This document shows positions 1 through 19,292 of a stretch of DNA of 64,000 bases, in pieces. The notes below the pieces were generated by a model. The model had not been told where the DNA came from and did no database searches. It was given only the letters and a program-made list of their open reading frames with translations. Source of the DNA: the human T2T-CHM13v2.0 reference genome, Homo sapiens; the NCBI RefSeq assembly GCF_009914755.1, contig NC_060927.1; one strand, given 5' to 3'. The stretch's first letter is position 1, and the number at the start of each line of letters is the position of its first letter. Both the position numbers and the translations under genes were made by a program.

Positions 1-144
1 CCTGGGGACTCGTGGGGTAGAGCTGGGGCTGGGACCACTGCCTGCACCTCCATCTGGGAGCAGGATGAGGGAAGGGCAGGAAACCACTGGGAGGCGCTGG
101 GTGGGAGTTCGCTCTTTGCTCAGTCAACCCTGTCTTGAGACAGC

Positions 145-1120
145 CCTACTCCCACTTGAAAGGCTGAGACAGAAAAGACTGACACCACCAAGTGTGGGTG
201 AGGATGTGGAGCCACAGGGGCAGGGGTGAAATGTGAAATGGTGCAGCCACTCTGTAAAACCTTTTGCTAGTTTCTTCAAAAAAAGTCAAATGTGGCTGGA
301 CGCGGTGGCTCACGCCTGTAATCCCAGCACTTTGGGAGGCCGAGGCGGGCGGATCACGAGGTCAGGAGATAGAGACCAGCCTGGCTAACACGGTGAAACC
401 CTGTGTCTACTAAAAATACAAAAAAAATTAGCCGGGCGCGGTGGCAGGCGCCTGTAATCCCAGCTACTCAGGAGGCTGAGGCAGGAGAATGGCATGAACC
501 CGGGAGGCGGAGCTTGCAGTGAGCCGAGATTGCGCCACTGCACTCCTGGGACAGACAGAGTGAGACTGTCTCAAAAAAAAAAAAAAAAAAAAGTCAAATG
601 TAGACACGTGCATCCTGGCAATCCCACGTCTAGATATTGGAATAAAATTAAAACACAGGTCCATAAAAACCTGTACAGATGCTTGTCACAGCTCCATTGA
701 TAATTGCTGCAATCTGGAAACAAGCCAAGTGTCCCTGGGCTGGTGAAAAGGTAAACACATGGAGGCCTCCATACAATGGAACGAAAAGGAACAGCCTCTT
801 GATACTCCGACACAAGGATGCATCTCCAAGCCAGGCTGGAAAGGCTCCACGCTGCAGGATCCCATGTACATGCTGTTTGGAAAAGGCCAGGCCACAGGAC
901 GGGACACAGATGGGTAGTTGCCAGGGCTAGGGCTGGGGCTGGGGGGAGGGACTGACTGGGAAGGGCCACCAGGGAATTTTCTGGTTGCTGGGAATGTTCC
1001 ATGTCTTGTTCAGAGCATTTACAGGGTATAAACGTGCAAAGTTTACCAGACTTCACATTTGAGATCTGAGGCCACTTCTCCTGATGTAAATTATAACTCA
1101 ATGAATAAAAGTTTTTAAAA
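145..1120 (+). mobile_element. Ancient L1M 3' end fragment interrupted by AluY
   Basis: L1 3' motifs (gtgaggatgtggag, gtgcagccactctg, aatctggaaacaagccaagtgtcc); ends in an A-rich tail. Confidence 0.7.
294..592 (+). mobile_element. AluY
   Basis: AluY diagnostic positions, A tail, TSD AAAAGTCAAATGT. Confidence 0.93.
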
Positions 1121-1169
1121 ACAACCCAGTTCCATACTCGCCAGCCTGTGCCAGGTTCTTAGCCTGGGG

Positions 1170-2520
1170 ACAGAGCTGGGGCGGGGCGGGTCCCTGCTTT
1201 CTGACCGGCAGGGGTGGGAGGGGCCCAGGCTGGGGTGCTGCGAAGGCAACCCAGGGAGGGCGCCCGAGCCCCGCCCAGGCCAGGCCCCAGGCTCTCCCGT
1301 GCTCCCGCCCCGCAGAGAGAGGCCGGAAGCGGCCCCGGAGGGCCCATTGTCCGCGCTTCCGTTCCGGCTCCGCCTCGTCCTCCCGCGGCCAGAGGTGCGA
1401 CCTCTGAGCCCCTGGCCAGCTCCCAGCCGGCCTAGGGGGGCGGGGGCACGGGGCGGAGGTCCCGCAGCCCGTGCTCGTCCCGCCTCGCTTGGAGGGAGCA
1501 AGGGCTCCGAGCCCTGGGCCCAGGTCCTGTGCCTCCGCTTCCCCGGCTGCGGGTACACCCCCAGCTTCCCGAGCCCCCCGGGCCCTCGCTGCTCCACCCA
1601 GAAGTTGCGGTGACTGCGGCCCCAGCACCCCGTTCCCTGGCCGGGCATCACTTGCGCAGCACGCTGCCCCCAGAGGACAGGGCTACAGTTAGTCGCCCAC
1701 ACCTCATTCACCCCCTTGGGCCCTTGAGCGTCTTAGAAGCCGCAGATGCCAAGGAGGGGACGCTGCCTCGCGGATGGTCACTTGGGAGCAAAGCTGGGGA
1801 CTAAAGGAACCAGGGACAGAGATTCCTGCTCTCGCCAAATTGGCCGCTCTGGGCCAGGCACTGAGGACACACCGCGAAGCCGGATAGCCAGGTCCTGTCC
1901 TCAGGGCCCTGTCCGGAAGAGGACTGGGCAGCCTCGAGTCCGCGGCAATGAATGAATGTTCAATTGCACAGATGGGGAGGCGAAGGAGGGAGGGAGGGAG
2001 GGAGGGCAGTCGCTTGGGCGGTCATTGGAGGCTCTGGGAGGCTATGCGCCGGCAAGAAGCAGCGGGGTGGAGGCAGCCCTGCGGGAGTCGGCGAGGGCCG
2101 CGTGGATGTGCTCGGTGGTTTTGAGGCCAGTGGCTGGAGGGGCGTGAGAGTGGGAGACCAGACTTGAGGGGAGTGGCTGGAGTTGAGACTCAAATCCAAG
2201 AAGGAAACGGTGGGGCTTGGACCACTTGCCTACTGAGAAAAATGGAAGTCGGGAAGGCTTTAGATCTAGTCGCGCTTGGTCACTTCCGTCTCCGGGCCTC
2301 AGCTTCCCAGGTTGTAGAAAGCATCAGGGTTGGAGGCTCTGAAATTCTGGCTCCTCTCAAGCCAAGATTAGTATGACTTCATTTTGGTTGTGCAAGAAAT
2401 GGGCCTGCAGCGGTTCGCAGAGGCAGAGGGACCTAAGCTTGAAGGGCAATCAAACCGGCGTAGGCAGGAACGTCGGGAGCCCAGACCCCAGGCAGGGAGT
2501 TTAAGGTCTTGGACACAGAG
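1170..2520. promoter_or_regulatory. CpG island (orphan; promoter/enhancer-like)
   Basis: Very high GC and dense CpG. GC boxes (1178-1190, 1305-1311, 1436-1445) and ETS motifs CCGGAAG (1323-1329, 1912-1918) and CACTTCCG (2281-2288). Confidence 0.85.
1988..2006 (+). repeat. (GGGA)4GGG microsatellite / G-quadruplex motif
   Basis: Five G3 tracts with 1-nt loops. Confidence 0.85.
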
Positions 2521-2954
2521 GGTGCGCTCCTCGAAGCAGCCACAAAGCGGTGACAGAGACCAGGCTTACGTTTTGTTTTGAAATAATTTCAAAGTAACAG
2601 AAAAGCCGTGAGAATAGTTCCGAGAACTGCCTCCCTTATTAATGCAGATTCACCAAGCTTTAACATTCTGCTCCCCAGCCCTTGCATATTCAAGCCCCCA
2701 TTGCAAGCATCGGAGAGTAAGTTGCAGGCGCGATGGCCCTTGAACCCTAAGTCCTCCAATGTGTATTGCCCAAGAACAAGGACATTCTATTGCACAACCC
2801 CAGTGGTTTTCAAGATCGAGTGATTTAACCATAATACAATAATTTAATCTGCACAACCTTACTCAAATATCACCAAATGTCGCAACGAGGTCTTTTATAG
2901 CACATCCCCTTCCCATCCCCATCCAGGAGCCACGCCAGGATCACATTTGTAAAT

Positions 2955-3250
<296 letters not shown>

Positions 3251-3849
3251 AGGATCACATTTAGTTGTTCACCTTTTTCATTTTGTTATTTTATTTCGTT
3301 TGTTTGTTTTGAGACAGGGGCTTGCTGTGTCATCCAGGCTGGAGTGCAGTGGCACCAGCATGGCTCACTGCAGCCTTGAATTTTTGGGCTCAAGGGATCC
3401 TCTCCCCTCAGTCTGCAGAGTAGCTGGGACTATGTATGCCAACACACCAGGCTTGTTCACCTTTATTTTAATTGCAACTTATTCACCAAGCTTACTTTGG
3501 CTGAAGTAATTTGAAAAAGATGGGTGCAAAGGGTTCTAGCCTCATCCTTCATAACTGCATGACCCTGGGCAGGGCCCGAGTCCTCTCCAGTGAGAAGTGC
3601 CAGGATCTGGGCAGGGCACATGGAGGAGCTGGAGCGGGCAGAGGATGCACTTGCATTCTGAGATGGAGCCATTCTTCCGTCCTCCCTGGCCTGGCCCATT
3701 TCCCCAGGCTCTTGGCGAAGGGGTACCTCCTGATTCACCCACCACAGTCTTCGAATGGGGCATCCAAGACTCCCCAAAAGGCACCAACTCCTTGAGAAGG
3801 CAGCTTTGGGGAACATACTCCCCATCCTGAGACAGACAAAAGGCCAGTT

Positions 3850-5110
<1,261 letters not shown>

Positions 5111-5124
5111 TAAAAAAAGGCCAG

Positions 5125-5712
<588 letters not shown>

Positions 5713-5827
5713 GAGCTTGTTCATGTACTTTTACATGGGTAGTGGTGGGCATCCAGCAACTATGGGCTTTTAGAAGCCGCTGGATGCATTATACAAGTGA
5801 TGAAACAGCTCATTTAACGTCAGTGTT

Positions 5828-6120
5828 GGCCTAGCGCAGTGGCTCACGCCCGTAAGCACTTTGGGAGGAGTAAGCCAAGGCAGGAGGATCATTTGAGTTT
5901 AAGACCAGCCTGGGCAACATAGCAAAATCCCATCTCTACCAACAAAGAAGAAATTAGCTGGCCATGATGGAACACCCTGTTGTCCGAGCTTCTTGGATGG
6001 CTTGAGCCCAGTTCAAGGCTGGGCTGCAAGTTCAAGGCTGCAAGTGAGCTGTGATGGTGCCGTTGCACTCCAGCCTGGGAGACAGAGTGAGACCTTGTCT
6101 CTAAAATGAATAAATAAATA
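5828..6120 (+). mobile_element. AluJ (diverged)
   Basis: Degenerate dimeric Alu with an (AATA)n tail. Confidence 0.8.
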
Positions 6121-8594
6121 AGAAAAGTTAAAAAACATTTAAAATAAGTGAATAAAAACTCAATATTTACCATATCCAGGAAATCACATCCTTTGCTTCC
6201 AGTTTAATGTTGTAAATATGAATTTTTAAACGTGTGAGAGGGTATAAGGTGTTTCCATATTCTTTTGGGGGACCCACCGGTAACACAGTTTGCGGTTCCT
6301 GGCTGGGCAGTGCCTAGGAGCTGCCCCCTGAGGTGTGGGAGCCCGCCATAGGCTGCCCTCCAGCAGACTCCAGTTCCTCTAGGTACCTGTTCTATTTTTT
6401 TTTTCTTTGAGTTTTTTTAATAAAATAATCTCATGCATCAGGAGAGGACAGGGTCAGGGATTGGGGCCGCTGCCTCTATGGTCTGTGGCTGGGGAGGGTG
6501 GGCTCCGCTCAGGGCTGGAGGGCTCTGTGGGCTATGGGGGCAGAGGCTTGGTTCCAAGGCTGGATCCTAGCCTTGGGGATGGAGGTGCCTTGAACTTCGG
6601 CCTGCATTTGAAGACGGGGAAGCGCTACAGTCGCAGGGGCTGTTCAGCAGGGGCCTGGAGCTGGTCCTCAAGCACAGACACCGCTCACGGCCCTGCCGAG
6701 AGAGGCTGCAGCCTCAGCTGGCCATCTTCATTCCTGGGGCTGAAACAAGGGTCCTCCAGGAGGCCCAGGCTGCCTGGGGAGGGGCCGGCTCTGCAGGGCC
6801 TTGGGCTTTGACCAGGGGAAGGAGGGCCTGGGCCATCCTGTTGGCCCCAACCATGGCTCCTGAGCTCTGCATTCAACTGCTGCCCCACTGTCTTCCAGGT
6901 TGCAGCCTCGGGCTTGCAACTGAGATTTCTGTCTCAGTCATTGGTTGCTTCACACTTGGTCTCTCCCTTTCTAAAGCTGGGGGCATCTTGAAGCGCCCTC
7001 AGGGGATTTATATCTCGGGGTCACAGTCACGCGCCCATCCATTGAGGGACTGGGAGGTCCCTGAGGAGGGAAGCCCAGCCCCTGAGCCTGCTTATCATCC
7101 AGCTGGGTGGACAGAAGTGTGGACACACAGCACAGCTCACCATGGAGCGGGTGCGAAGTGTAGCATAGCCGACACTGGCGTGGATATGCAGGGGAGAGCG
7201 AAGACGTCCTAGAGGGCCTGTGTGGGGGAGGGAGAAGCACTGGTCACAGGCTGTCCTAGAGACTTTGCGTGGATTAACTCATGAAATCCTCATAGTAACT
7301 TCATGGGACCAGTGCTGCATTATGTCAATTTTTTAGCTGCATTAAAGAGGCAGCCAGAAGTGAAGTGGATTGCCTGAGGTCACCAGGCTTGGGCAGAAGG
7401 CTCCAGAATACCTGCTCTGCCCACTTCGGGTATGCCTCACAGACATGTTGCCCCAGAGGCCCCAGGGGCACCTGACCACCAGGGCTCTGCAGAACAAGCC
7501 CGGCCCTGAGAGTGCTCTGCTGCTCTGGGACTGCGGTTCGGGCTTCCAGGGGTGGCAAAGATGCTGTGACCCACTTGTGGCGGGGCAGGGCTGGGCCCTG
7601 TGGGAAACAGTGGGTGGCCTGCCTCCTGGACACACTGTGGCCCCACATCAGGGCAGTGCTGAAGCGGCCTGGTGTGGCCGCTGCACTTCCGGATTCTCAG
7701 CCTCCTCTGCTGTCAGCCATCCACTGAGCAAAGGGCAGAGGGGCAGGGACGGGGCTCTGCTTCGAGACTTTCCTCTTTCATCCTCCCTTTGGTTGCCTAC
7801 TCATGCCATCCAGAGATCAAGTCCTCACCTTTCCTATCAGCGCAAATCATTGTTTTCTAGCTGGTTTACCTTGGGCGAGACCCCATCTCTCTGGCTTCAT
7901 CAGCAAAAAATTCATATTAGTTTGGGCCATATGAAGTTACTGCTTCTGTAGATCCAAAACCAGTTGGATTTTGGAAAAAACACATGGGTCAACCTAATAG
8001 TATCCAGTGGCGATACTGGGAGGCCTGAGCATGATGTTACACATAGTGACTTAGCACAGTCCCTGGCACAGGCATGCACTTCACAGAAAGGCAAGTGCTG
8101 GGTCCTAGCTGGCATTAAGTCAGGGACCATCAGGGCGCTCTGCAAGGGTGACAGATGCAGAAGTGAATAAGAAGAGGTTTGTGCCTTAAGGAGCTTGTGG
8201 GAGCCACATGGATATGCAGCTTACTGAAACACATCCCAAACTAGATTAGGCCAGAAAGGGGATCAGTGCAAAGTAGACTGGCATCTCTTACATGATCAAA
8301 AGACAGGCTGAGCAGCCAAGCCACGCGGAGGGTGAGTGTACTGTGGTCGCGGGAGGCTGGGCCCCGCCCTGGGGGCTGTGGTGGGTGCTGTCTCTCACCT
8401 CCCCTGCCTGCCTGCAGCCTTTCACAATGACCTGCCCCTAGGGCCCAAGAACCGGCACTGCCTCCCTCTGGTCCCAAGCTCCAAAGCCCCACACTGAGAA
8501 TGTGGTGGCTCCCATGAAGACTGCATGGCTGGAGGGAGGTGTGGTCATGAGGGGAGGCGCTGGCAGGCAGTGCCTTACAGGTCCACCACCACGT

Positions 8595-8960
8595 GTCACT
8601 GGGCTGCAGGTGGCAAAACCCACTCAAACTAGCTTCAGCAATAAAGAGAACTTACTGGCTCATGACAAGGGAGGTTCAAGAGATGAAGGTGGCTTCAGGT
8701 GGGACTGCATCCAGGGGCTAGACTGGTTTTACCAGAAACTCAACTCTGGCCTCTGTGTCTGGGCTTTGCCTGCCTCCCTTGTGACTTCATGCTCAGGTCT
8801 ATCCAGACTGTGCTCTGGCAGCCCTGGCTACACAGGGTCCTTGTAGGCGGTGAGTTTAGGGAGTAGAGCTCCTCTCTGAATGTAGCCATCAGGAGTCCCA
8901 GGATCGACTCCAGTTGGCCTGACTTAGGTCACGTGTCCATCCCTTGAGCCAGAGGTCAGG
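8595..8960. mobile_element. Old ERVL/MaLR LTR fragment (LTR33/MLT1-like)
   Basis: Motifs aaacccactcaaactagctt...tggctcatg...gcttcagg...atccagggg and gacttaggtcacgtg. Confidence 0.5.
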
Positions 8961-8991
8961 TGGGAATTAGTTTCATGTGAACTACGGGGAG

Positions 8992-10109
<1,118 letters not shown>

Positions 10110-10454
10110 AGAATGAGGATGGGTGAGAAAGTTTACCAGAAGAAGGATTCAGTACAGTAAAACCTCAAATTAACCAATAGTACCAATTCAGCAATTCAGG
10201 CCTTGATCTTTGGATCGTGTGTGTGGACGACAGAAGGGAGATGGAAGAGGAAAGTCTTGAAGAAGAGCCCCAGTTCCTGCCTGTCTGCCCTTTGCTCAGT
10301 GGATGGCTGATAGCAGAGGAGGCTGATAATCCAGAAGTGCAGCGGCTACACCTATGGATAGGTGCTACTACAGAGAGTGTGACAGAGGTGGAGAGCTCAA
10401 CTGCATGTATGTGAGGACATCAGAACAGGCTTCACAAAGGAGAGGCTCCCTAAG

Positions 10455-11010
10455 TCCTCAAAAAGTTACATCTAGAATCACGACATGACCCAGCAATGCC
10501 ACTCCTAGGTATATATCCAAAGGAATTGAAAACAGGGACTCAAACAAGTGCATGTACACCCAAGTGCACAGCAGCACTATTCACAATAGCCAACAGATGA
10601 AAACAGGTGTCCATCAACTAATGATAAACAAAGTGTGTTCTATCCATACAGTGAAATATCATTCAGCCATAAAAAGGAATGAAGTCTTGACATACTCTAC
10701 AACATGGGTGAACCTTGAAACTGTGCTAAGTGAAAGAAGCCAGGCACAAACGATCACATACTGTATGATTCCACTTGTGTGAAACATCCAGAATAGGTCA
10801 ATCCACGTGGACAGAAAGCATACTGGTGGCTACCCGGGGTGAGTAGAAGGGGAGAATGGGGAGCAACTACTTAATGGGTATGGGATTTCCTTTTGGGGTG
10901 ATGAAAATGTTTTCAAATTAGATAGAGGTAATGGTTGCACAATATTGTGAATACACTAAATGCCATGCAGTTTTTCACTTTAAAATGGTTAATTTGAGTT
11001 TCACCTAACA
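10455..11010 (+). mobile_element. L1MB-like 3' end
   Basis: catgacccagcaatgccactcctaggtatatatccaaaggaattgaaaacaggg...; typical L1MB 3'UTR. Confidence 0.8.
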
Positions 11011-11155
11011 AAACAAAACAATAACACGTCACCCCTCCCCCCCAAAAAAAGACAAATGATGTATCTTATGTGGTATTTGCTTCAAAATGATTCAGATTGA
11101 AGTGACGTGGGAAGTGGAGGGCAGGTATAGATGAAGCAGGGTTCACCAGAAGTTA

Positions 11156-12262
<1,107 letters not shown>

Positions 12263-12269
12263 TCCACTC

Positions 12270-12592
12270 TGCAGTGGCTCACACCTGTACTCCCAGCACT
12301 TTGGGAGGCTGAGGTGGGATGATCACTTCAGCCCCAGGAATTGGAAACCAGCCTGGCCTGGGCAGCATGGCGAAACCCTGTCTCTAAAAACATTTTTAAA
12401 ATTAGCCAGGTGTGGTGGTGTGCACCTGTAATCCTAGCTACTCTGGAAGCTCAGGTGGGAGGATCACTTGAGCCTGGAAGGCTGAGGCTGTTGCGAGCCT
12501 CACAGTACACCAGCCTGTGCGACAGAGCAAGACCCTGTCTTTAAAAAAACATATATATTATGCATATACATATATATATATACACACACACA
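12270..12592 (+). mobile_element. AluJ followed by a (TA)n(CA)n microsatellite
   Basis: Diverged Alu; alternating repeat at 12551-12592. Confidence 0.82.
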
Positions 12593-13403
12593 ATTTTTAT
12601 TTGTCAATCATAACTCAATGAAGCTAGAGGAATAAAGAAGAATAAATAGGAGTTTGCCAGGTAGACAAATGGTGTGGGAGGGTGCTCATTACAAGAAGAG
12701 GGAGTGGAGTGTGCAAACGTGCAGAGGAGTGAAGCAGCACGAGGCACAATGTGGGCAGAGATGGGATGCCTGCATGAGGTTGTAGGCCGACTAGCAGAGC
12801 TAGAAATACTAAAAGATCATCTAGCTCAAACCCTCACCATACATGGAAATGGAGGTTCAGAGAAGTTAGGGGACCTTGTCCAAGGTTACACAACTAGTGG
12901 GAAGCTGAGCTGGAATCAGAGCCCAGGCCAGAGTAACTTTTACTAGGCTATGCTGCATTGGTTCACTCCCTCCTTCCCGCCTTCCCTCCTGCCCTTCCTC
13001 CCTTCCTTCCGTCTTTTTTTTTTCAAATAAAATCTGGTTTTAAGCAGAAATAGTCTCAAAACTGCCAGATAAGCAGTCACAAAATCCAAGCACGTATCTT
13101 ATTTGTGGGGCTTGTTCAGAATCCATTTAATCTGACTTTGGACAAAGTTCTGACAAGTTGGGTTATATGGATTCCCAGCTCACAGTAAGTGAAAGGCAGT
13201 TGTTGGGGGGAAATGAAGGGCTTTCAGGGCAGGCACACTGGCAATAATGAAATGTGATAGTCACAGCTTGGGCTGGGAGGAAATAGGAAAGCTAATGAAA
13301 AGAGATATTAGAATAAAAATACTTAGTCATAAAGGACATGCAAATCAAAACCACAGTGAGGTACCACTTTACACCCATTAGGATGGCTGGAATAAAAAAG
13401 TCA

Positions 13404-14491
<1,088 letters not shown>

Positions 14492-14496
14492 CTATT

Positions 14497-15172
<676 letters not shown>

Positions 15173-15355
15173 GAGAAAGTTTTAAGCTGCTTGCAGTTAC
15201 TTCTCTCAGATGTCCCATGGTATGTATGAGCCTTTAATCACTACAGTAAATGCAAAACTAAGTGGGATAGAACCGATACTATATTTTTCTTTTGAACACT
15301 GGTTTTTGAAATACCAGAGACATCTTGATGTGCTCTATAAGAATTCTGACCAGTT

Positions 15356-15662
15356 GGCTGGGCGCAGTGGCTCATGCCTGTAATCCCAGCACTTTGGGAG
15401 GCTGAGGCGGGCGGATCACCTGAGGTCAGGAGTTCGAGTCCAGCCTGGCCAACATGGTGAAACTCCTTCTCTACTAAAAATACAAAAATTAGTCGGGTGT
15501 GGTGGTGGGTGCCTGTAATTCCAGCTACTCAGGAGGCTGAGGCAGGAGAATTGCTTGAACGCAGGAGGAGGAGGTTTCAGTGAGCCGAGATTGCACCATT
15601 GCACTCTAGCCTGGGCGTCAGAGACTCTGTCTCAAAAACAAAACCAAACCAAACAAAACAAA
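15356..15662 (+). mobile_element. AluSx-like
   Basis: TSD AAGAATTCTGACCAGTT (15339-15355 / 15663-15679). Confidence 0.92.
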
Positions 15663-15685
15663 AAGAATTCTGACCAGTTGAGCAA

Positions 15686-16496
15686 TGTAGGGGTGGGTTG
15701 CCCCTCCACACCTGTGGGTGTTTCTCGTAAGGTGGATGTGTCAGGGTCACAAGACAATTGTGGGGAGAGGGTCAGCAGACAAACACGTGAACAAAGGTCT
15801 TTGCATCATAGACAAGGTAAAGGATTAAGTGCTGTGCTTTTAGATATGCATACACATAAACATCTCAATGCTTTACAAAGCAGTATTGCTGCCCGCATGT
15901 CCCACCTCCAGCCCTAAGGCGGTTTTTCCCTATCTCAGTAGATGGAACATACAATCGGGTTTTATACCGAGACATTCCATTGCCCAGGGACGGGCAGGAG
16001 ACAGATGCCTTCCTCTTGTCTCAACTGCAAGAGGCATGCCTTCCTCTTATACTAATCCTCTTCAGCACAGACCCTTTACGGGTGTCGGGCTGGGGGACGG
16101 TCAGGTCTTTCCCTTCCCACGAGGCCATATTTCAGACTATCACATGGGGAGAAACCTTGGACAATACCTGGCTTTCCTAGGCAGAGGTCCCTGCGACCTT
16201 CCGCAGCTTTTGTGTCCCTGGGTACTTGAGATTAGGGAGTGGTGATGACTCTTAAGGAGCGTGCTGCCTTCAAGCATCTGTTTAACAAAGCACATCTTGC
16301 ACCGCCCTTAATCCATTTAACTCTGAGTTGACACAGCACATGTTTCAGAGAGCACGGGGTTGGGGGTAAGGTTATAGATTAACAGAATCTCAAGGCAGAA
16401 GAATTTTTCTTAGTACAGAACAAAATGGAGTCTCCCATGTCTACTTCTTTCTACACAGACACAGTAACAATCTGATCTCTCTTGCTTTTCCCCACA
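15686..16496 (-). mobile_element. HERV-K(HML-2) LTR5_Hs solo LTR, internally deleted (811 bp)
   Basis: Minus strand begins TGTGGGGAAAAGCAAGAGAGATCAGATTGTTACTG and ends GGGGCAACCCACCCCTACA. Perfect 6-bp TSD GAGCAA at 15680-15685 and 16497-16502. Confidence 0.96.
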
Positions 16497-16589
16497 GAGC
16501 AAAACTCACAGATTTCATGAAGAATGTGAATATGCCCAATTACCATCATTTGCTCCCATTAATGTGCTATATGTCAATACCATGACTCC

Positions 16590-16760
16590 TTATTTTTATT
16601 TTTTACTTTTAGGTTCAGGGGTACATGTGCAGGATGTGCAGGTTTGTTACATAGGTAAACGTGTGTCATGGGGATTGGTTGTACAGATTATTTCATCACC
16701 CAGATTATTTCATCCATTAGTTATTATTTTCCTGCTTCTCTCCCTCCTTCCGCCCTCCAG
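16590..16760 (-). mobile_element. 5'-truncated primate L1 (L1PA/PB-like) 3' end
   Basis: ttcaggggtacatgtgcaggatgtgcaggtttgttacataggtaaac. Confidence 0.8.
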
Positions 16761-18044
16761 ATTCCTTATATTTTATTTTCTCTTTTAGATTCTGAAATAC
16801 TTCATACAGTAAGAATACTGGTACCCACCACCATGCAGACATTTTGTACATTTGCCTCAAATCCATCCCCTGCTCCCCCTCCCCTCTGCCACACACACAA
16901 TCCTGTTATGGTCATGCCTAGATTTCAGCTATAAATTCCCACCTTGTCCTGTCCTGATGTTTAACCCTTTCGGTGGCCATGGCCAATGCTCATAGGGAGA
17001 TCGTGAGCTCGGCACCAAATAATTGTTTTATTATTTGATTGCTGGAGGAGAACTAAGGTGACTTTACAGCAGGGACACAGAGATCCAGAAGAAGTCAGAT
17101 CCTTGCCTTCTCAAGATTACACAAAGTCTGAAATCCACAATTCTTGATTCCTTGCCCAACAAAATGGAATAGCAGAAATTGCATGGGCTTTAGAATCAAA
17201 CTCAACCAAGTTCAAATCCTGACTTTGCCATTTACTAGTGAAACAGCTTGTCCACAAGATAAAATGCAAACAACCTTCCCAAGCTTTTGGTTTCATCTGA
17301 AAAATGGAAGTTATACCACCTCCTCTTTAGAACGGTTGAAACAATCAGAAGCATAACAAGTGGCACTGTGCCTGGCACAGAATAGGGACTCAATTAATAG
17401 CAATTTTTTAAGTTCCACTTTTTAATGAGCACCAATTCTGGGCCAGGCATTGTTTCAGGCACTTAGGACATAGCCACAAACTGACAACGTCCCTGTCACT
17501 GTGCTGGTTAAGAAATTATAAGTAAAATAGATTATCAGCCAATTATATGTGTATTCACTCGCAAAGGCTTTTTTGTTTCGTTTTGTTTTGTTTTTGAGAT
17601 AGAGTCTATGTTGCCCAGGCTAGTCTTGAACTCTGGGCCTCAACCAATCCACCTGCCTTGGCCTCCCAAAGTGTTGAGATTACAGGCGTGAGCCACTGTG
17701 CCTGGCCCCATTTGCGAGTTTTTGTTCTTATGGACACGATATTCTTTTCTTGTCCCCATGGCCAGCCCATTCTCTGACACATACTGATTTTTTGGTTCCC
17801 CAAACCAACTTAAGAGCCAGGGCTGGCTGAGGATAGCCCAAATTCTGGCTACTGGGCTCTTCGTTGGTAAGAATGGGAGATGTGCTATATTCTGAAGAGA
17901 GTTAGATGAGTGACACAGGTGCCTGTCCTCTAGGAATTCTCAGTCTACTAATAATCAAGATCATGGTATAGCACTTTCTCTTGCCAGATGCTGGGCTAGG
18001 CTCTGTACAATTTTCATTTAATCCTCATAACCTTCACAACCTTC

Positions 18045-18806
<762 letters not shown>

Positions 18807-18937
18807 TAATTCATTTTCATCATGATTTGTTGCACCTTTTAATACAGTCTCGAAAACTATTGAACTGAATTCTTTCAACAGATAAAGAATATTCTCTTGA
18901 ACAGCTTAAACATTCAGTAAGACAGAAGCATGAATAA

Positions 18938-19292
<355 letters not shown>

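Noticed and set aside
1098-1804. Several 100-200 aa overlapping ORFs
   Set aside because: Stop-codon scarcity in a CpG island; low-complexity Pro/Gly/Arg/Ala translations in all frames.
7370-7951. 193-aa ORF in GC-rich intergenic DNA
   Set aside because: Non-ATG start, overlaps MIR-like sequence, no family resemblance.
15868-16245. ORFs within the HERV-K LTR
   Set aside because: Antisense LTR sequence; no gag/pol/env present, and the TSDs show a solo LTR.
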